Positions 31,046 to 40,938 of a DNA stretch of 64,000 bases are shown piece after piece. Numbering within the stretch: the first letter of the stretch is position 1; every line of letters begins with the position of its first letter. The translations under genes and the position numbers were made by a program. The DNA comes from Methanomethylovorans hollandica DSM 15978 (GTDB lineage Archaea; Halobacteriota; Methanosarcinia; Methanosarcinales; Methanosarcinaceae), in assembly GCF_000328665.1 (NCBI RefSeq), contig NC_019977.1, positions 1,666,011 to 1,730,010 of the forward strand. The letters run 5' to 3'. A model generated the notes under the pieces. It was not told the origin of the DNA, did no database searches, and worked only from the letters and a program-made list of their open reading frames with translations.

Positions 31046-31600
31046 TTACTTCAGGCTGTTTTCAAACTCATCTTTGAGGACAGCATATATGCAGCCATCC
31101 TGCACAACATCATTTTTGATAATATTGTTCTTCAGGACAGCTTCAAGCCTGAAGCCTGCCTTTTCAAGAACTCTCCTTGATGCTGTATTTCTGGCAAAAG
31201 GCTGTGCATAAACTCGTATTATGTCGAAGTTCCCGAAGAGGTATTGTGTAATGCACCTCACCACTTTTGTCATGATACCTTTTCCCCAGTATTCCTCAGC
31301 CAGATAATAACCCAATTCTGCGTTCTTCCGATGTACATTCTCCTTAAAATAAGCAGCTATGCTTCCTGCCACAACACCATCTACAACAATAGCAAATGCC
31401 CTGGAAATGCCTCCGCTATGTTTAGCGTTGTGAATGAATTTTCTGGCATCATCTATGGAATATGGATAAGTGAATCCATCCCGTAAATTATCGGATATTT
31501 TTTTGTTGTTCGCAATGAATACAAGTCCCTCAGCATCTTCCTCGTCCCATGGCCTCAGAATGAAATCATCGGTCACTATTCTGGCATTATCCTTCTTCAT
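31046..31600 (-). CDS. GNAT N-acetyltransferase (RimJ/RimL type)
   Basis: AELGYYLAEEYWGKGIMT, N.ASRRVLEKAGF.LE. Confidence 0.9.
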   Translation of the reverse strand: MKKDNARIVTDDFILRPWDEEDAEGLVFIANNKKISDNLRDGFTYPYSIDDARKFIHNAKHSGGISRAFAIVVDGVVAGSIAAYFKENVHRKNAELGYYLAEEYWGKGIMTKVVRCITQYLFGNFDIIRVYAQPFARNTASRRVLEKAGFRLEAVLKNNIIKNDVVQDGCIYAVLKDEFENSLK

Positions 31601-31642
31601 GGGAATTCCTTTCTGACAAATATGAAATGAACATATATTCGA

Positions 31643-31885
31643 TCAGCGTATCCTTTTTTCAATGATCTCAGGCCAGATAGAAGCTGATACTATCATGCTC
31701 AAAACAAAAACGAACACCATGCCTGCAATGATATCCACCTGACTATACAGAGGCACAACCCTGGAGCTATTGACAGTTACAGCAAGGCCGGCAAAAATGA
31801 TCACAAGCAAAAGTGAAGAAAGGATGCTGGCAATAAGCGCATGTTTTCCTTTATTGTCTGAACTTTTATCCATACCGATCATCAC
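31643..31885 (-). CDS. Small two-TM membrane protein directly downstream of copA
   Basis: Two hydrophobic helices; starts right after the copA stop. Confidence 0.65.
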   Translation of the reverse strand: MMIGMDKSSDNKGKHALIASILSSLLLVIIFAGLAVTVNSSRVVPLYSQVDIIAGMVFVFVLSMIVSASIWPEIIEKRIR

Positions 31886-31886
31886 C

Positions 31887-34658
31887 TTATTTTATCCGGC
31901 TCCTTTTCATGAGCAGCGAGTTCGTGGTGACGGATACGGAACTCATGGCCATGAAAGCCGCAGCAATCTCGGGAGTTATCAGTATCTTGTGGAACAGCGG
32001 GAACAGTACTCCGGCAGCAATAGGTATGCCGATACTGTTGTATCCGAAGGCCCAGAACAAGTTCTGCTTTATCTTGTCCATAGTAAGCTTGCTAAGAGTG
32101 ATAGAAGCCACCACATCCCGTAAGTCGTTCTTGATGAGCACGATACCTGCTGATTCCATGGCAATGTCCGTGCCTGCACCCATGGCAATGCCGATATCAG
32201 CCTGGGTGAGTGCCGGAGCATCGTTGATACCATCGCCTACCATGGCAACTATGCGTCCTTCCTCCTGCAATTGCTTTATCCCGGAAGCCTTGTCCTCAGG
32301 CAGCACTTCAGCAAGCACTCTGTCGATACCTGCTTCTTTGGCAATTGCTTCAGCGGTCCTGCGGTTGTCACCGGTGATCATCACAACCTCTATCCCCATT
32401 TTCCGAAGTTTTTGCACGGCTTCCCCGGAGTTCTCCTTGAGAGTGTCCGCAACGGCAACGATCCCTATGACCTGTCCACCCTTAGCGACGATCATGGCAG
32501 TCTTGCCCTCTGCTTCAAGCTTTTCCATATCCTTATTGATAACTGAGGTATCAAGGCCATTGTCTTCCATGAGCCTGCGGGTCCCAAGCAGTATCCTGCT
32601 GCCATTTACTGTAGCTTCGATACCTTGTCCTGCGATCGATCTGAAATCCTCCGCATTTCCAATGTCCACCTGCTTCTCCTGAGCTTTCCTTACAATTGCC
32701 TCCCCCAGAGGATGCTCCGATCCCTTCTCGGCAGCTGCTGCGATTGCAAGCACTTCTTTCTCATCATGGCCTGCAGTAAGCACAATATCAGTAAGCTCGG
32801 GCTTGCCTTTTGTGAGAGTGCCTGTCTTGTCAAAAACAATAGTATTGACTTTCTGGGTAAGCTCCAGAGCCTCTCCACCCTTGATGAGGATACCATTCTC
32901 AGCGCCTTTACCAGTGCCCACCATTATGGCTGCAGGCGTGGCAAGCCCCACGGCACAGGGACAGGATATGACCAGCACTGTAATGGAAATAAGTAATGAG
33001 AACAGGAAAGGACTTGTTATACCTGAAACTGTGGTTACGTCATATCTTTCGTATCCTATGAAGAACCAGAAGAAAAATGCTGCAAGCGCAATGACATGTA
33101 CTGCCAGGATGAAGTTCCCTGCCACCACATCAGCGATGCGCTGGATGGGAGCCTTGGATGTCTGGGCATTCTCCACCAATTCTATAATCTGCGCAAGGGC
33201 AGTGTCTGCACCAACCTTTGTGGCCCGAAACTGCAGATATCCACTTTTATTGATGGTAGCACCGATCACAGTATCTCCAGCTGTTTTCTCCACCGGAATG
33301 CTCTCCCCGGTTATCATGGATTCGTCAATAGCAGAACTTCCCTGTACCACCACTCCGTCTACAGGCAGTTTCTCCCCGGGCCTTACAACCACAATATCCC
33401 CTACCTGTACATCTTCCACAAGTATTTCCTTTTCCTCTTCGCCAGCAAGTACACGTGCAGTCTTAGCCTGCAGGCCGATAAGCTTCTTGATGGATTCCGA
33501 TGTCCTGCCCTTCGCCCTGGCTTCCAGATACCTGCCCAGGACGATGAACGCAATAAGCATGACAGCAGTATCGTAATACAGATGATGATAGCCAGGTCCC
33601 AGGTCCAGGAACGAAGATGCCACACTGATCACGTAGGCTGCTCCGGTACCAGTAGCTATGAGCAGGTTCATGTCCGTGACCCCGTGTTTCAGGCCTTTGT
33701 AAGTGCCTTCGAAGAATTGCCTTCCCGGAAATACCATTACGATCGTCGTGAGCAGGAAGAGCACGAGGTCATTTGTAAGGATATCCGGCACAAAGGATAA
33801 CAGCCGCGGGAATCCCATTTTCATGCTGCCGAGCATTACCGGGATGACCATACCGCCAGCTATGAGCAGGTTCCTTTTCTGCTGCCTGATCTCCTCTTCC
33901 CTTTCCTGGCGTTCCCTGTCTTCCAGGACTTTTCGGTTCACTTCCAGGGATGCTGTGTATCCTATGCCGTCAACAGCTGCTTTCATCTGGTCGGGAGAGA
34001 CCAGGGAAGCATTGTATTCCACATGGGCTTTCCCAAGGGAAACACTCACGCTCACGGACTCCACACCATCGAGCTTTCTAAGCACCTTCTCAACGTTCAG
34101 GGCACACGAGGTGCATGTCATGCCTTCTATCTTAAGGTTCAGATTGTCTCTTACCACTTTGTATCCGATGGCTTCAATGGTGTTTTCCATCTCCTTGAGA
34201 CCCACAAGTGCGGGATCATAGGAAACATACGCTCTTGCCATGGGCAGGTTCACAGCAGCAGAAGCCACACCCTCCAGCTTTTTGAGGGTGCGCTCGATAT
34301 TAAGAGCACAAGCAGAGCATTGCATCCCTGATACTTTCAGGGTGATCTCCTGAAGTTTACCCGGTTCGACCTTTTTTCTATCCTTATCTTCTTTTTCGTC
34401 TTCTTCAGGTATGGGTAAAGGACATGTCTGCTGCGCATCAGCGGCAGCACATTCCTCTCCGGTCTCATAACCTGCTGCCACTACTGCCTGTTTTATAGCC
34501 TCAAGGTCTGTTTTTGCCGGGTCTAATTCAACAGCAGCGCTTTCATCTTCCAGTTGCACTTCCACGGAACTGACCCCGGCTACTTTGGAAATTGCCTCTG
34601 TCACCCGCTTGTGACAGTGCATGCATGTCATGCCGTAAACTTTGAATTTGGTCTTCAT
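31887..34658 (-). CDS. copA: Cu(I)-translocating P1B ATPase with three HMA domains
   Basis: GMTCMHC, GMQCSAC, GMTCTSC; TGES, CPC, DKTGT, HP, GDGIND, YN and MAMSS. Confidence 0.96.
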   Translation of the reverse strand: MKTKFKVYGMTCMHCHKRVTEAISKVAGVSSVEVQLEDESAAVELDPAKTDLEAIKQAVVAAGYETGEECAAADAQQTCPLPIPEEDEKEDKDRKKVEPGKLQEITLKVSGMQCSACALNIERTLKKLEGVASAAVNLPMARAYVSYDPALVGLKEMENTIEAIGYKVVRDNLNLKIEGMTCTSCALNVEKVLRKLDGVESVSVSVSLGKAHVEYNASLVSPDQMKAAVDGIGYTASLEVNRKVLEDRERQEREEEIRQQKRNLLIAGGMVIPVMLGSMKMGFPRLLSFVPDILTNDLVLFLLTTIVMVFPGRQFFEGTYKGLKHGVTDMNLLIATGTGAAYVISVASSFLDLGPGYHHLYYDTAVMLIAFIVLGRYLEARAKGRTSESIKKLIGLQAKTARVLAGEEEKEILVEDVQVGDIVVVRPGEKLPVDGVVVQGSSAIDESMITGESIPVEKTAGDTVIGATINKSGYLQFRATKVGADTALAQIIELVENAQTSKAPIQRIADVVAGNFILAVHVIALAAFFFWFFIGYERYDVTTVSGITSPFLFSLLISITVLVISCPCAVGLATPAAIMVGTGKGAENGILIKGGEALELTQKVNTIVFDKTGTLTKGKPELTDIVLTAGHDEKEVLAIAAAAEKGSEHPLGEAIVRKAQEKQVDIGNAEDFRSIAGQGIEATVNGSRILLGTRRLMEDNGLDTSVINKDMEKLEAEGKTAMIVAKGGQVIGIVAVADTLKENSGEAVQKLRKMGIEVVMITGDNRRTAEAIAKEAGIDRVLAEVLPEDKASGIKQLQEEGRIVAMVGDGINDAPALTQADIGIAMGAGTDIAMESAGIVLIKNDLRDVVASITLSKLTMDKIKQNLFWAFGYNSIGIPIAAGVLFPLFHKILITPEIAAAFMAMSSVSVTTNSLLMKRSRIK

Positions 34659-34678
34659 GCAACCTTATATTGGAAATA

Positions 34679-34888
34679 TTAAACTACAACATCATAACCG
34701 GCATCAACAACAGCTTTTTTTATATTACTGATATCAGTTGCAGCGGCATCATATTCAACAGTTGCCTGTTTTTTTGCCAAGTCAACTGTTACGCTTTTAA
34801 CTCCTTTGACCGCCTTTATGGCCTTCTCTACAGTTGCCTGGCAGTGTCCGCACATCATTCCTTTTATGTTGATCGTTTCTTGCGTCAT
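34679..34888 (-). CDS. copZ: Copper chaperone (HMA domain)
   Basis: GMMCGHC, 69 aa, upstream of copA. Confidence 0.92.
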   Translation of the reverse strand: MTQETINIKGMMCGHCQATVEKAIKAVKGVKSVTVDLAKKQATVEYDAAATDISNIKKAVVDAGYDVVV

Positions 34889-35020
34889 AATATCACCAGT
34901 CTGGTAATTATGAATTCATTTGTTATTTGAGGGGCAGACTATAATATCCTTATGCAAGTGCAATAATACATATTCCTCTTGCTGCACGATGCTAAGATCG
35001 ATCCTCAATCAAATATTCCT

Positions 35021-35161
35021 TTACCCCTTTCCAGAGGGACTGTCAATCCACTGATATACGACCCACGGAGCATTAAAAGCGTGTACGGGAAACAGCAATA
35101 TCAATAAATCGTCTTGATCCACAATGATGGCGTCATAGCCAGGTTCCCTGTAGTACGAATA
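35021..35161 (-). pseudogene. Fragment of an EFR1-type flavodoxin-ferredoxin gene
   Basis: Manual translation contains DDLLILLFPVHAFNAPWVVYQWID; no start codon, bounded by stops. Confidence 0.55.
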
Positions 35162-35198
35162 TCAACAATTTGATCCAAGATTTGTATCGTTTCTAAAT

Positions 35199-36230
35199 TC
35201 AGCCCACTCTGATAGCAGCTTCTATAGCTTCCTTCCACGATGCCAGATCTGCACAATCAATTTCAGAAAGGTTATTCTCCTTCATATTTCCCATGAGGAG
35301 GAGTTTACTTCGGCTCAGAAGGCCGCCACCCTTTAGCTCAGTGCCCAATATGTTTTTCAGGCTTATTTCGTCTGAACCGCCTGAAGAATGAATTTTTGTT
35401 ATTCTTTTGTTAGTGAGTATTAGAAAAGCATCTTTCGTTCTTTCGAACTTCAGCAAATGTTCTCTACGTACGTATTCCTGCTGCAGGCATTCCAGCATCT
35501 CCACTGCATGTTCCAGTTTCCTGGCCCGCATGCTCATAACTGTAATCTGTATACCTCCCAAAACCAGATGCAACGAAGACATTTCATGTGCCCATCCCAG
35601 CATATCCTTCACCTCTATCGAGTGAAGTACCTCTCTTCTTTTAGAGATAAGAGAGTTTGCATTTTTTATAAGAAAGATGCGCTTGTTGGTACAGGCCATT
35701 AGGACCCTTTCACCTCTAAGAAGCACTTCTGTCTCTCCAAGTGTCTTTTCTCCTTGTTTGAGAACAGTACCTTCAATGGTTCCAATCTCTCTGTTTTCAG
35801 ACAGAGCATGCTGCTGTATCCTTCTATCCGGATCCTTAGGCATGTAATGCTCCAGCATCTTTAAGAGCAGCGGACCGTCGATCAGTTTCACATTATGATC
35901 TCCAGCTTCTTTTTGAGCCTCCTTTGTGAAACCTGAGGTAGTAGCTATGATGACTCCATCGACATTATCTCTGTAGCGCAAGCTGCTGTATTCTCTTACC
36001 TCCTTTACACCCACCGGCTCAGCATAGCGTTTGGCTTGTACGATCCATGTATGGGACAAGCCAAAGTTCTCGATGGAGATCATGATATCCACTCCCGTAT
36101 CCCTTGACCTCTGGGTTACTTCTGCTCTGTATCCCATCTGTGTGAATAAATGGCCGAGCAACTCCTCGAACTCATAGGGCTCCAGACCCAGCAGTCTATT
36201 AAATGTCCAGATGTTCATAGTATCGACCAT
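35199..36230 (-). CDS. Mrr_cat restriction-endonuclease domain fused to two PH-like repeats
   Basis: EFEELL..LF..MGY, DTGVDI, VQAKRY, VKLIDG; TNKRI occurs twice in the C-terminal half. Confidence 0.8.
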   Translation of the reverse strand: MVDTMNIWTFNRLLGLEPYEFEELLGHLFTQMGYRAEVTQRSRDTGVDIMISIENFGLSHTWIVQAKRYAEPVGVKEVREYSSLRYRDNVDGVIIATTSGFTKEAQKEAGDHNVKLIDGPLLLKMLEHYMPKDPDRRIQQHALSENREIGTIEGTVLKQGEKTLGETEVLLRGERVLMACTNKRIFLIKNANSLISKRREVLHSIEVKDMLGWAHEMSSLHLVLGGIQITVMSMRARKLEHAVEMLECLQQEYVRREHLLKFERTKDAFLILTNKRITKIHSSGGSDEISLKNILGTELKGGGLLSRSKLLLMGNMKENNLSEIDCADLASWKEAIEAAIRVG

Positions 36231-36470
36231 TTTATATGTTCTAAATATATAGGGACAGGAATATATGTAACTGTTTGTTTCACTCATACTTATATTCTCT
36301 CTTCTGACCCCGTATATGATAGAGGTTGATCAGAAGAGGATTTGCACGATAGTTGCACAACCACACAAAACTTTATTTCCTATCGTGCTATATTGAACAA
36401 TTACCTGCTGATTAACATTACAGGATCAGGTTTTAAATCCAATGGAGCAAATCATTTAAAGTTGAGCAAT

Positions 36471-36866
36471 ATGGACGATCTTGAAGCGATCAGAAAGAAA
36501 AGGCTTCAGGAACTTCAGCGTTCCCTCGAAGCACGTCAATATCCGGCAGAGCCAGTAGTTGTAACAGACACCGGTTTTGATCAGTTTGTATCACAATATC
36601 CTTTGACGGTGATAGACTGCTGGGCACAATGGTGTGCTCCCTGTCGCATGTTATCTCCCATCATTGACCAGCTTGCCTCAGAACTGCAGGGCAAGATTGT
36701 CTTTGGCAAGCTTGATACTGACCAGAATCCTGTGATTGCACAAAAACTGAGAATAACAAGCATTCCCACATTACTGATCTTCCGACAGGGTAACTTAGTT
36801 GACCGTATTTCAGGGGCATTACCGAAACATCTGCTTTTACAAAGATTAAAACCAATTATTAATTGA
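36471..36866 (+). CDS. trxA: Thioredoxin with N-terminal charged helix
   Basis: WAQWCAPC, SIPTLL; ATG 36471 (MDDLEAIRKKRLQEL). Confidence 0.9.
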   Translation: MDDLEAIRKKRLQELQRSLEARQYPAEPVVVTDTGFDQFVSQYPLTVIDCWAQWCAPCRMLSPIIDQLASELQGKIVFGKLDTDQNPVIAQKLRITSIPTLLIFRQGNLVDRISGALPKHLLLQRLKPIIN

Positions 36867-36893
36867 TCTCAATCATAAATAGGAGTGTGTAAT

Positions 36894-38333
36894 ATGGGTC
36901 ATAAACCAAGAATCGTAGAAAGTCCTTCAGTACGGCTGATCGAACTGAAATCAGCTTCCACTGCCTACTTTATTGTAGCGTCTGTGGAAGTAGGTAACAC
37001 CACTACCAAATGTATCCTCACAGCCACTAACCTGGAAGACGGAAAAACACGTCTGATCAACAAGATAGTCACCATGACCCGTGATGTAAGGGCACCTAAG
37101 ACCGGCGAGGAAATATTTGGCCGGACCCTCAGCGGTGTGGAGCTTACGCGGCAATCCATTGCAGAACTTGTAAGAGATACGCTTCTCAAAGCAGTGGACT
37201 CAGCAAATCTGGACATAAAGACGGATATTCATTTTGTGGTACGTTCTACAGGTGTTGTGGCAGGTTTTGATGCACCTGAAGAAGTGGGTGAGTTCATAAA
37301 GGCACTGGCTGATGGCTGCCTCATGGCAGGTGTGCCCCCTAATCGCATGACACCCCCTATGTCGGTATTCAATATGCATGAGAAGTTCCGCAAATACACC
37401 AAACTGGAAAAAGTTGTCTTTGATGGAGCCGTTGCAAGTGTCACACCTCCCAAAGGAGCTACCGGTGTGGAGATCGTGGCCAACGAAATGGAAGGAGAAC
37501 TTGCAACTGCAGGTATCAAAGAAGGTGCAAAATGGGTGGATGTGGATTTCCGTAACCCTTGTATCTCCATGGACTTTGGTACCACACTGGATGGCAGGAT
37601 CATAGGCCAGGAATTACCCTATGCGAGGACAATCGGTAACTTCTGCGGTTATGCGGGTGCTATACCGGATGCGCTTATCAAAGGCACAGGTAAGGTCGAT
37701 GCCAAAAAAGGCACTGCTCTTGAGATCGCTCAGAACATCTCCCTTGGTAAAGTTTCGCTCATGCTGAAAGGTAAACAGATAAAGGAATACTCCGAAAAGA
37801 TCCAGCAATATATACGTATTGAGAAAGTGCCTTCGGGCTTTAAAAGATACGGGAGTGTACCAGTGAACCCTCAGGCTGCAGAGGAGATAGGTGTTGTGCT
37901 CATAGGCTGTGATGTAGGTATTAACGGCTCAGATATGGACAAGCTCATGGCAATAGGTGCTGAGATAAATGAGAAACACGGCCTTAACTTCCTGTTCGCT
38001 GTAATAGATGACGTAATGGCCCGTGTTGTACAGAGGCTTGTAAAAGTGGCACAGGAACATGGACTTATTTTTGAGAACACTGCTATAGGCGTCACCGGAC
38101 GCGCAGCAATAACCGGCAATAAACCGAAACTCATCCTGAAGTACCTGGAGGAGCTTGGCCTTAACCATAAAATAGAGGAGAATGTCGTATTTGTGGACGA
38201 TGGTCTGGCAAGGGGTGCTGCTGTCATGGCGCGGTGTATGAACTCCCTGGGGACGACTTTCAATCCTCTTGGGGGTAGAAGAGGCGGAAAATGTATCCTT
38301 GCCCAGCGTGTTAAATTACAGTCTGGAAAATAA
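36894..38333 (+). CDS. Methanogenesis marker protein 14
   Basis: VASVEVGNTTTKCIL, FVVRSTGVVAGF, ANEMEGEL, DFGTTLDG, VDDGLARGAAVMARCMNSLG. Confidence 0.85.
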   Translation: MGHKPRIVESPSVRLIELKSASTAYFIVASVEVGNTTTKCILTATNLEDGKTRLINKIVTMTRDVRAPKTGEEIFGRTLSGVELTRQSIAELVRDTLLKAVDSANLDIKTDIHFVVRSTGVVAGFDAPEEVGEFIKALADGCLMAGVPPNRMTPPMSVFNMHEKFRKYTKLEKVVFDGAVASVTPPKGATGVEIVANEMEGELATAGIKEGAKWVDVDFRNPCISMDFGTTLDGRIIGQELPYARTIGNFCGYAGAIPDALIKGTGKVDAKKGTALEIAQNISLGKVSLMLKGKQIKEYSEKIQQYIRIEKVPSGFKRYGSVPVNPQAAEEIGVVLIGCDVGINGSDMDKLMAIGAEINEKHGLNFLFAVIDDVMARVVQRLVKVAQEHGLIFENTAIGVTGRAAITGNKPKLILKYLEELGLNHKIEENVVFVDDGLARGAAVMARCMNSLGTTFNPLGGRRGGKCILAQRVKLQSGK

Positions 38334-38426
38334 GTATTTGGGAAGGAATAACCTTCCCTGTGAACATTTACATAATGGCCAAAAATACCAGGCGATAAAA
38401 AAGCTGTTATTATCCTTCATTCCGTC

Positions 38427-40151
38427 CTAAGGAATGCCTAAGAGCTTGCAGAGTTCTTTTAGATCTAAAGTATTCACTACATCTGCGGGTTTAACCCAAG
38501 CCCTTCTTGCAGTACCAACTCCATATCTTATGTTGGCAAACTGATCGGGCGAATGGGCATCTGTATTGATAGCAAGTTTTATTCCCATTTCCATGGCCAT
38601 CATTGCATAGTTGCCATTAAGGTCAAGTCTCTGGGGAGAGGAATTGATTTCCAGGACTTTTCCGAATTCAAGAGCTGCTTCCATGATCTTTTTCATGTCC
38701 ATCTCAAAGGGTAGCCTCTTTCCGAATTTTCGGCCGGTGGGGTGCGCTAGGATATGTACATGTTCATTCTCCAGTGCAGTTACTATTCTCTTTGTCATGG
38801 TCTTACTATCCTGTTCGACAGCACCATGCACAGCAACTACAACAATGTCAAGCTGTTCCAGCAAATCATCACCGTAGTCAAGTGTTCCATTGGGAAGTAT
38901 ATCGCACTCTGTACCTGAAAGTATCCGTATACCATCGATGCTTGCGTTAAGCTGCTCTATTTCTTTGACGTGTTCCATCAATCTCTTTTCCGAAAGACCG
39001 CTTGCGATCCTGGAAGATCCGGAGTGATCAGTGATAGCTATATATTCATACCCGAGAGCTCTGGCTGCAAGCGCCATTTCTTTGATGGTGTTCCTACCGT
39101 CACTCCAGTTGGAATGTACGTGAAGATCACCTTTGATGTCACCGATCTCTATAAGCCGAGGGATCTTTCTTTGCATTGCTGCTTCTATTTCTCCCCTGTC
39201 CTCGCGCAGTTCAGGTGGAATGAACTGAAGGCCGAGCATCTCGTACTGTTGCTCTTCCGCAGAAAAAGGCATTTGTTCTCCGGTTTCAACGTTCTTTAAT
39301 CCATATTCACTGAGATGCAAACCCTTTGCGAGGGCTATATTGCGCAATTTTACATTATGATCCTTCGAGCCTGTGAAATGCTGAAGCAGGGAACCGAATG
39401 AATCATCTTTAACGATCCTCATGTCCACCTGGATATGTTCTTTATATATGACAGAACCTTTAGTAGTTCCCTTCTCAAGGATCTCCTGTACATTATCCAT
39501 AAGTGTAAAAGCCTCTATGGCTCTTTCCGGCTCATTGGAGCAGGCTATGAGATCAATATCCCCCACAGTTTCTTTCCATCGCCTTATGCTGCCCGCTATC
39601 TGGACCTCCCGGATCAATTCCCCATCAACGAGCTTTCTGGATATTTCTTCGGCTATAGGCAATGCCAAACCCAAAGGGAACCTTCCGGTATTGCCTTCTG
39701 CAAACTGGCGTTTAGCTGCAATAAGGACATTCTCTTCCATCTTAACACCCATTCCAGGGATCCTGCGTATCCGGTGTTCTTCTGCAGCTCTGAGCAATCC
39801 TTTCAGATCTTTCACGCCTAGTTTTGTGTACAGCAGATACGCGGTCCTGGGGCCGATTCCCTGCACGGCAGTGATCTCTTCTATTTTTTCCGGTATCGTA
39901 TGTCTGAGCTCTTCATAGGCCATGAATGTGCCTGTTTCAAGCATTTCCTTTATTTTTGCCTCTATTGCCTCTCCAACACCGGGAATATGGGCAAGATCAT
40001 CTTTTTTGCACAGGACATTTAGATCCTCTTCCAGCTCCTCAATATGTCGTGCAGCTTTCTGGTATGCTTTTATCTTGAAAACGTTCTCTCCTTTGAACTC
40101 CAGCATATATGCCATTTCATACAGGAGCTTTGCCACTTCAGCGTTATCCAT
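38427..40151 (-). CDS. polX: DNA polymerase X with PHP domain
   Basis: HhH GVG/GIG, AGSIRR, GDIDL, HFTGSKDHN, PPELRE, DLHVHS..SDG, TDAH. Confidence 0.95.
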   Translation of the reverse strand: MDNAEVAKLLYEMAYMLEFKGENVFKIKAYQKAARHIEELEEDLNVLCKKDDLAHIPGVGEAIEAKIKEMLETGTFMAYEELRHTIPEKIEEITAVQGIGPRTAYLLYTKLGVKDLKGLLRAAEEHRIRRIPGMGVKMEENVLIAAKRQFAEGNTGRFPLGLALPIAEEISRKLVDGELIREVQIAGSIRRWKETVGDIDLIACSNEPERAIEAFTLMDNVQEILEKGTTKGSVIYKEHIQVDMRIVKDDSFGSLLQHFTGSKDHNVKLRNIALAKGLHLSEYGLKNVETGEQMPFSAEEQQYEMLGLQFIPPELREDRGEIEAAMQRKIPRLIEIGDIKGDLHVHSNWSDGRNTIKEMALAARALGYEYIAITDHSGSSRIASGLSEKRLMEHVKEIEQLNASIDGIRILSGTECDILPNGTLDYGDDLLEQLDIVVVAVHGAVEQDSKTMTKRIVTALENEHVHILAHPTGRKFGKRLPFEMDMKKIMEAALEFGKVLEINSSPQRLDLNGNYAMMAMEMGIKLAINTDAHSPDQFANIRYGVGTARRAWVKPADVVNTLDLKELCKLLGIP

Positions 40152-40184
40152 CTTAAATAGATAATGAGAAAGTTACACAAAAAT

Positions 40185-40862
40185 CTAATGTTCTTTTTTA
40201 AGGTTGGCCTTTTCAATGGCCTTTGCAACAGCATCCTTATGCAGTTGCGCAGATTCATGGATACCGCCTTGGTTGCCCCGCACGGCACGGCACGGGTATT
40301 GCTGTATCAGCAGTCCGGCTTTAGCAGGTGCCTCTTCTATAGGCGTTCCTTTCAGTGCCTCTGCCATGTGCCAGGTGCTGCCACAGGGTGCTCCCCTGAT
40401 AACTTGTACTTGATCCACTTTTCCTTCGTGAGTGATGATATCCAGGAGAGGTCTCGATAATTTGTCAGTGAACTCACATATAGCAGGATTTGCGCTGAGG
40501 GTGCAGCAGATATCTTCCACTTCTATGTACATTCCATATTCTTGTGCGATCTGCTCAAGTTCCTGCACAGGTGCCTTTGAGGCACCTCCAGGAACGATGA
40601 GGCTGCGGACTCCGTGTCTGCCGGCAAGCCTGGCTATGGCAGGCGTAAGGTCCGGGTGCAGGGAATATGTTATCAGGATCTCTGCGTTGAACACTTTTTC
40701 ATCCATATGCAATTCTTCAAGGAACTCATCTGGATCGTCTATGAACTCAGGTAGATATTCAGGTACCTCTGCAGAGATTACTCCCAGGTCCGTTTTGCCA
40801 AGTATGGTATCTATCAGCCTTTTACCATACTTGCCTCTTGTAATCACACCAATATTCGTCAT
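40185..40862 (-). CDS. DUF166 family protein
   Basis: GKYGKR, PEFIDDP, LHPDL, ICC, RGAPCGSTW, YPCRA, IHESA.LH. Confidence 0.8.
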   Translation of the reverse strand: MTNIGVITRGKYGKRLIDTILGKTDLGVISAEVPEYLPEFIDDPDEFLEELHMDEKVFNAEILITYSLHPDLTPAIARLAGRHGVRSLIVPGGASKAPVQELEQIAQEYGMYIEVEDICCTLSANPAICEFTDKLSRPLLDIITHEGKVDQVQVIRGAPCGSTWHMAEALKGTPIEEAPAKAGLLIQQYPCRAVRGNQGGIHESAQLHKDAVAKAIEKANLKKEH

Positions 40863-40938
40863 GTATGTTTTTCCTGAAAGGAGATATAGTAATCAGATAA
40901 AGTTAATTATTTATCTTTTGGGCAGGCTCTTTGTTTTC

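Noticed and set aside
31909..34331. Long plus-strand ORFs opposite copA (also opposite lig, MFS, thermosome, radical SAM)
   Set aside because: Shadow frames caused by codon bias; no motifs.
40432..40938. 169-aa N-terminal extension of the P-type ATPase in the ORF track
   Set aside because: It is mostly the antisense of the DUF166 gene. ATPase-like sequence begins at ATG 40939.
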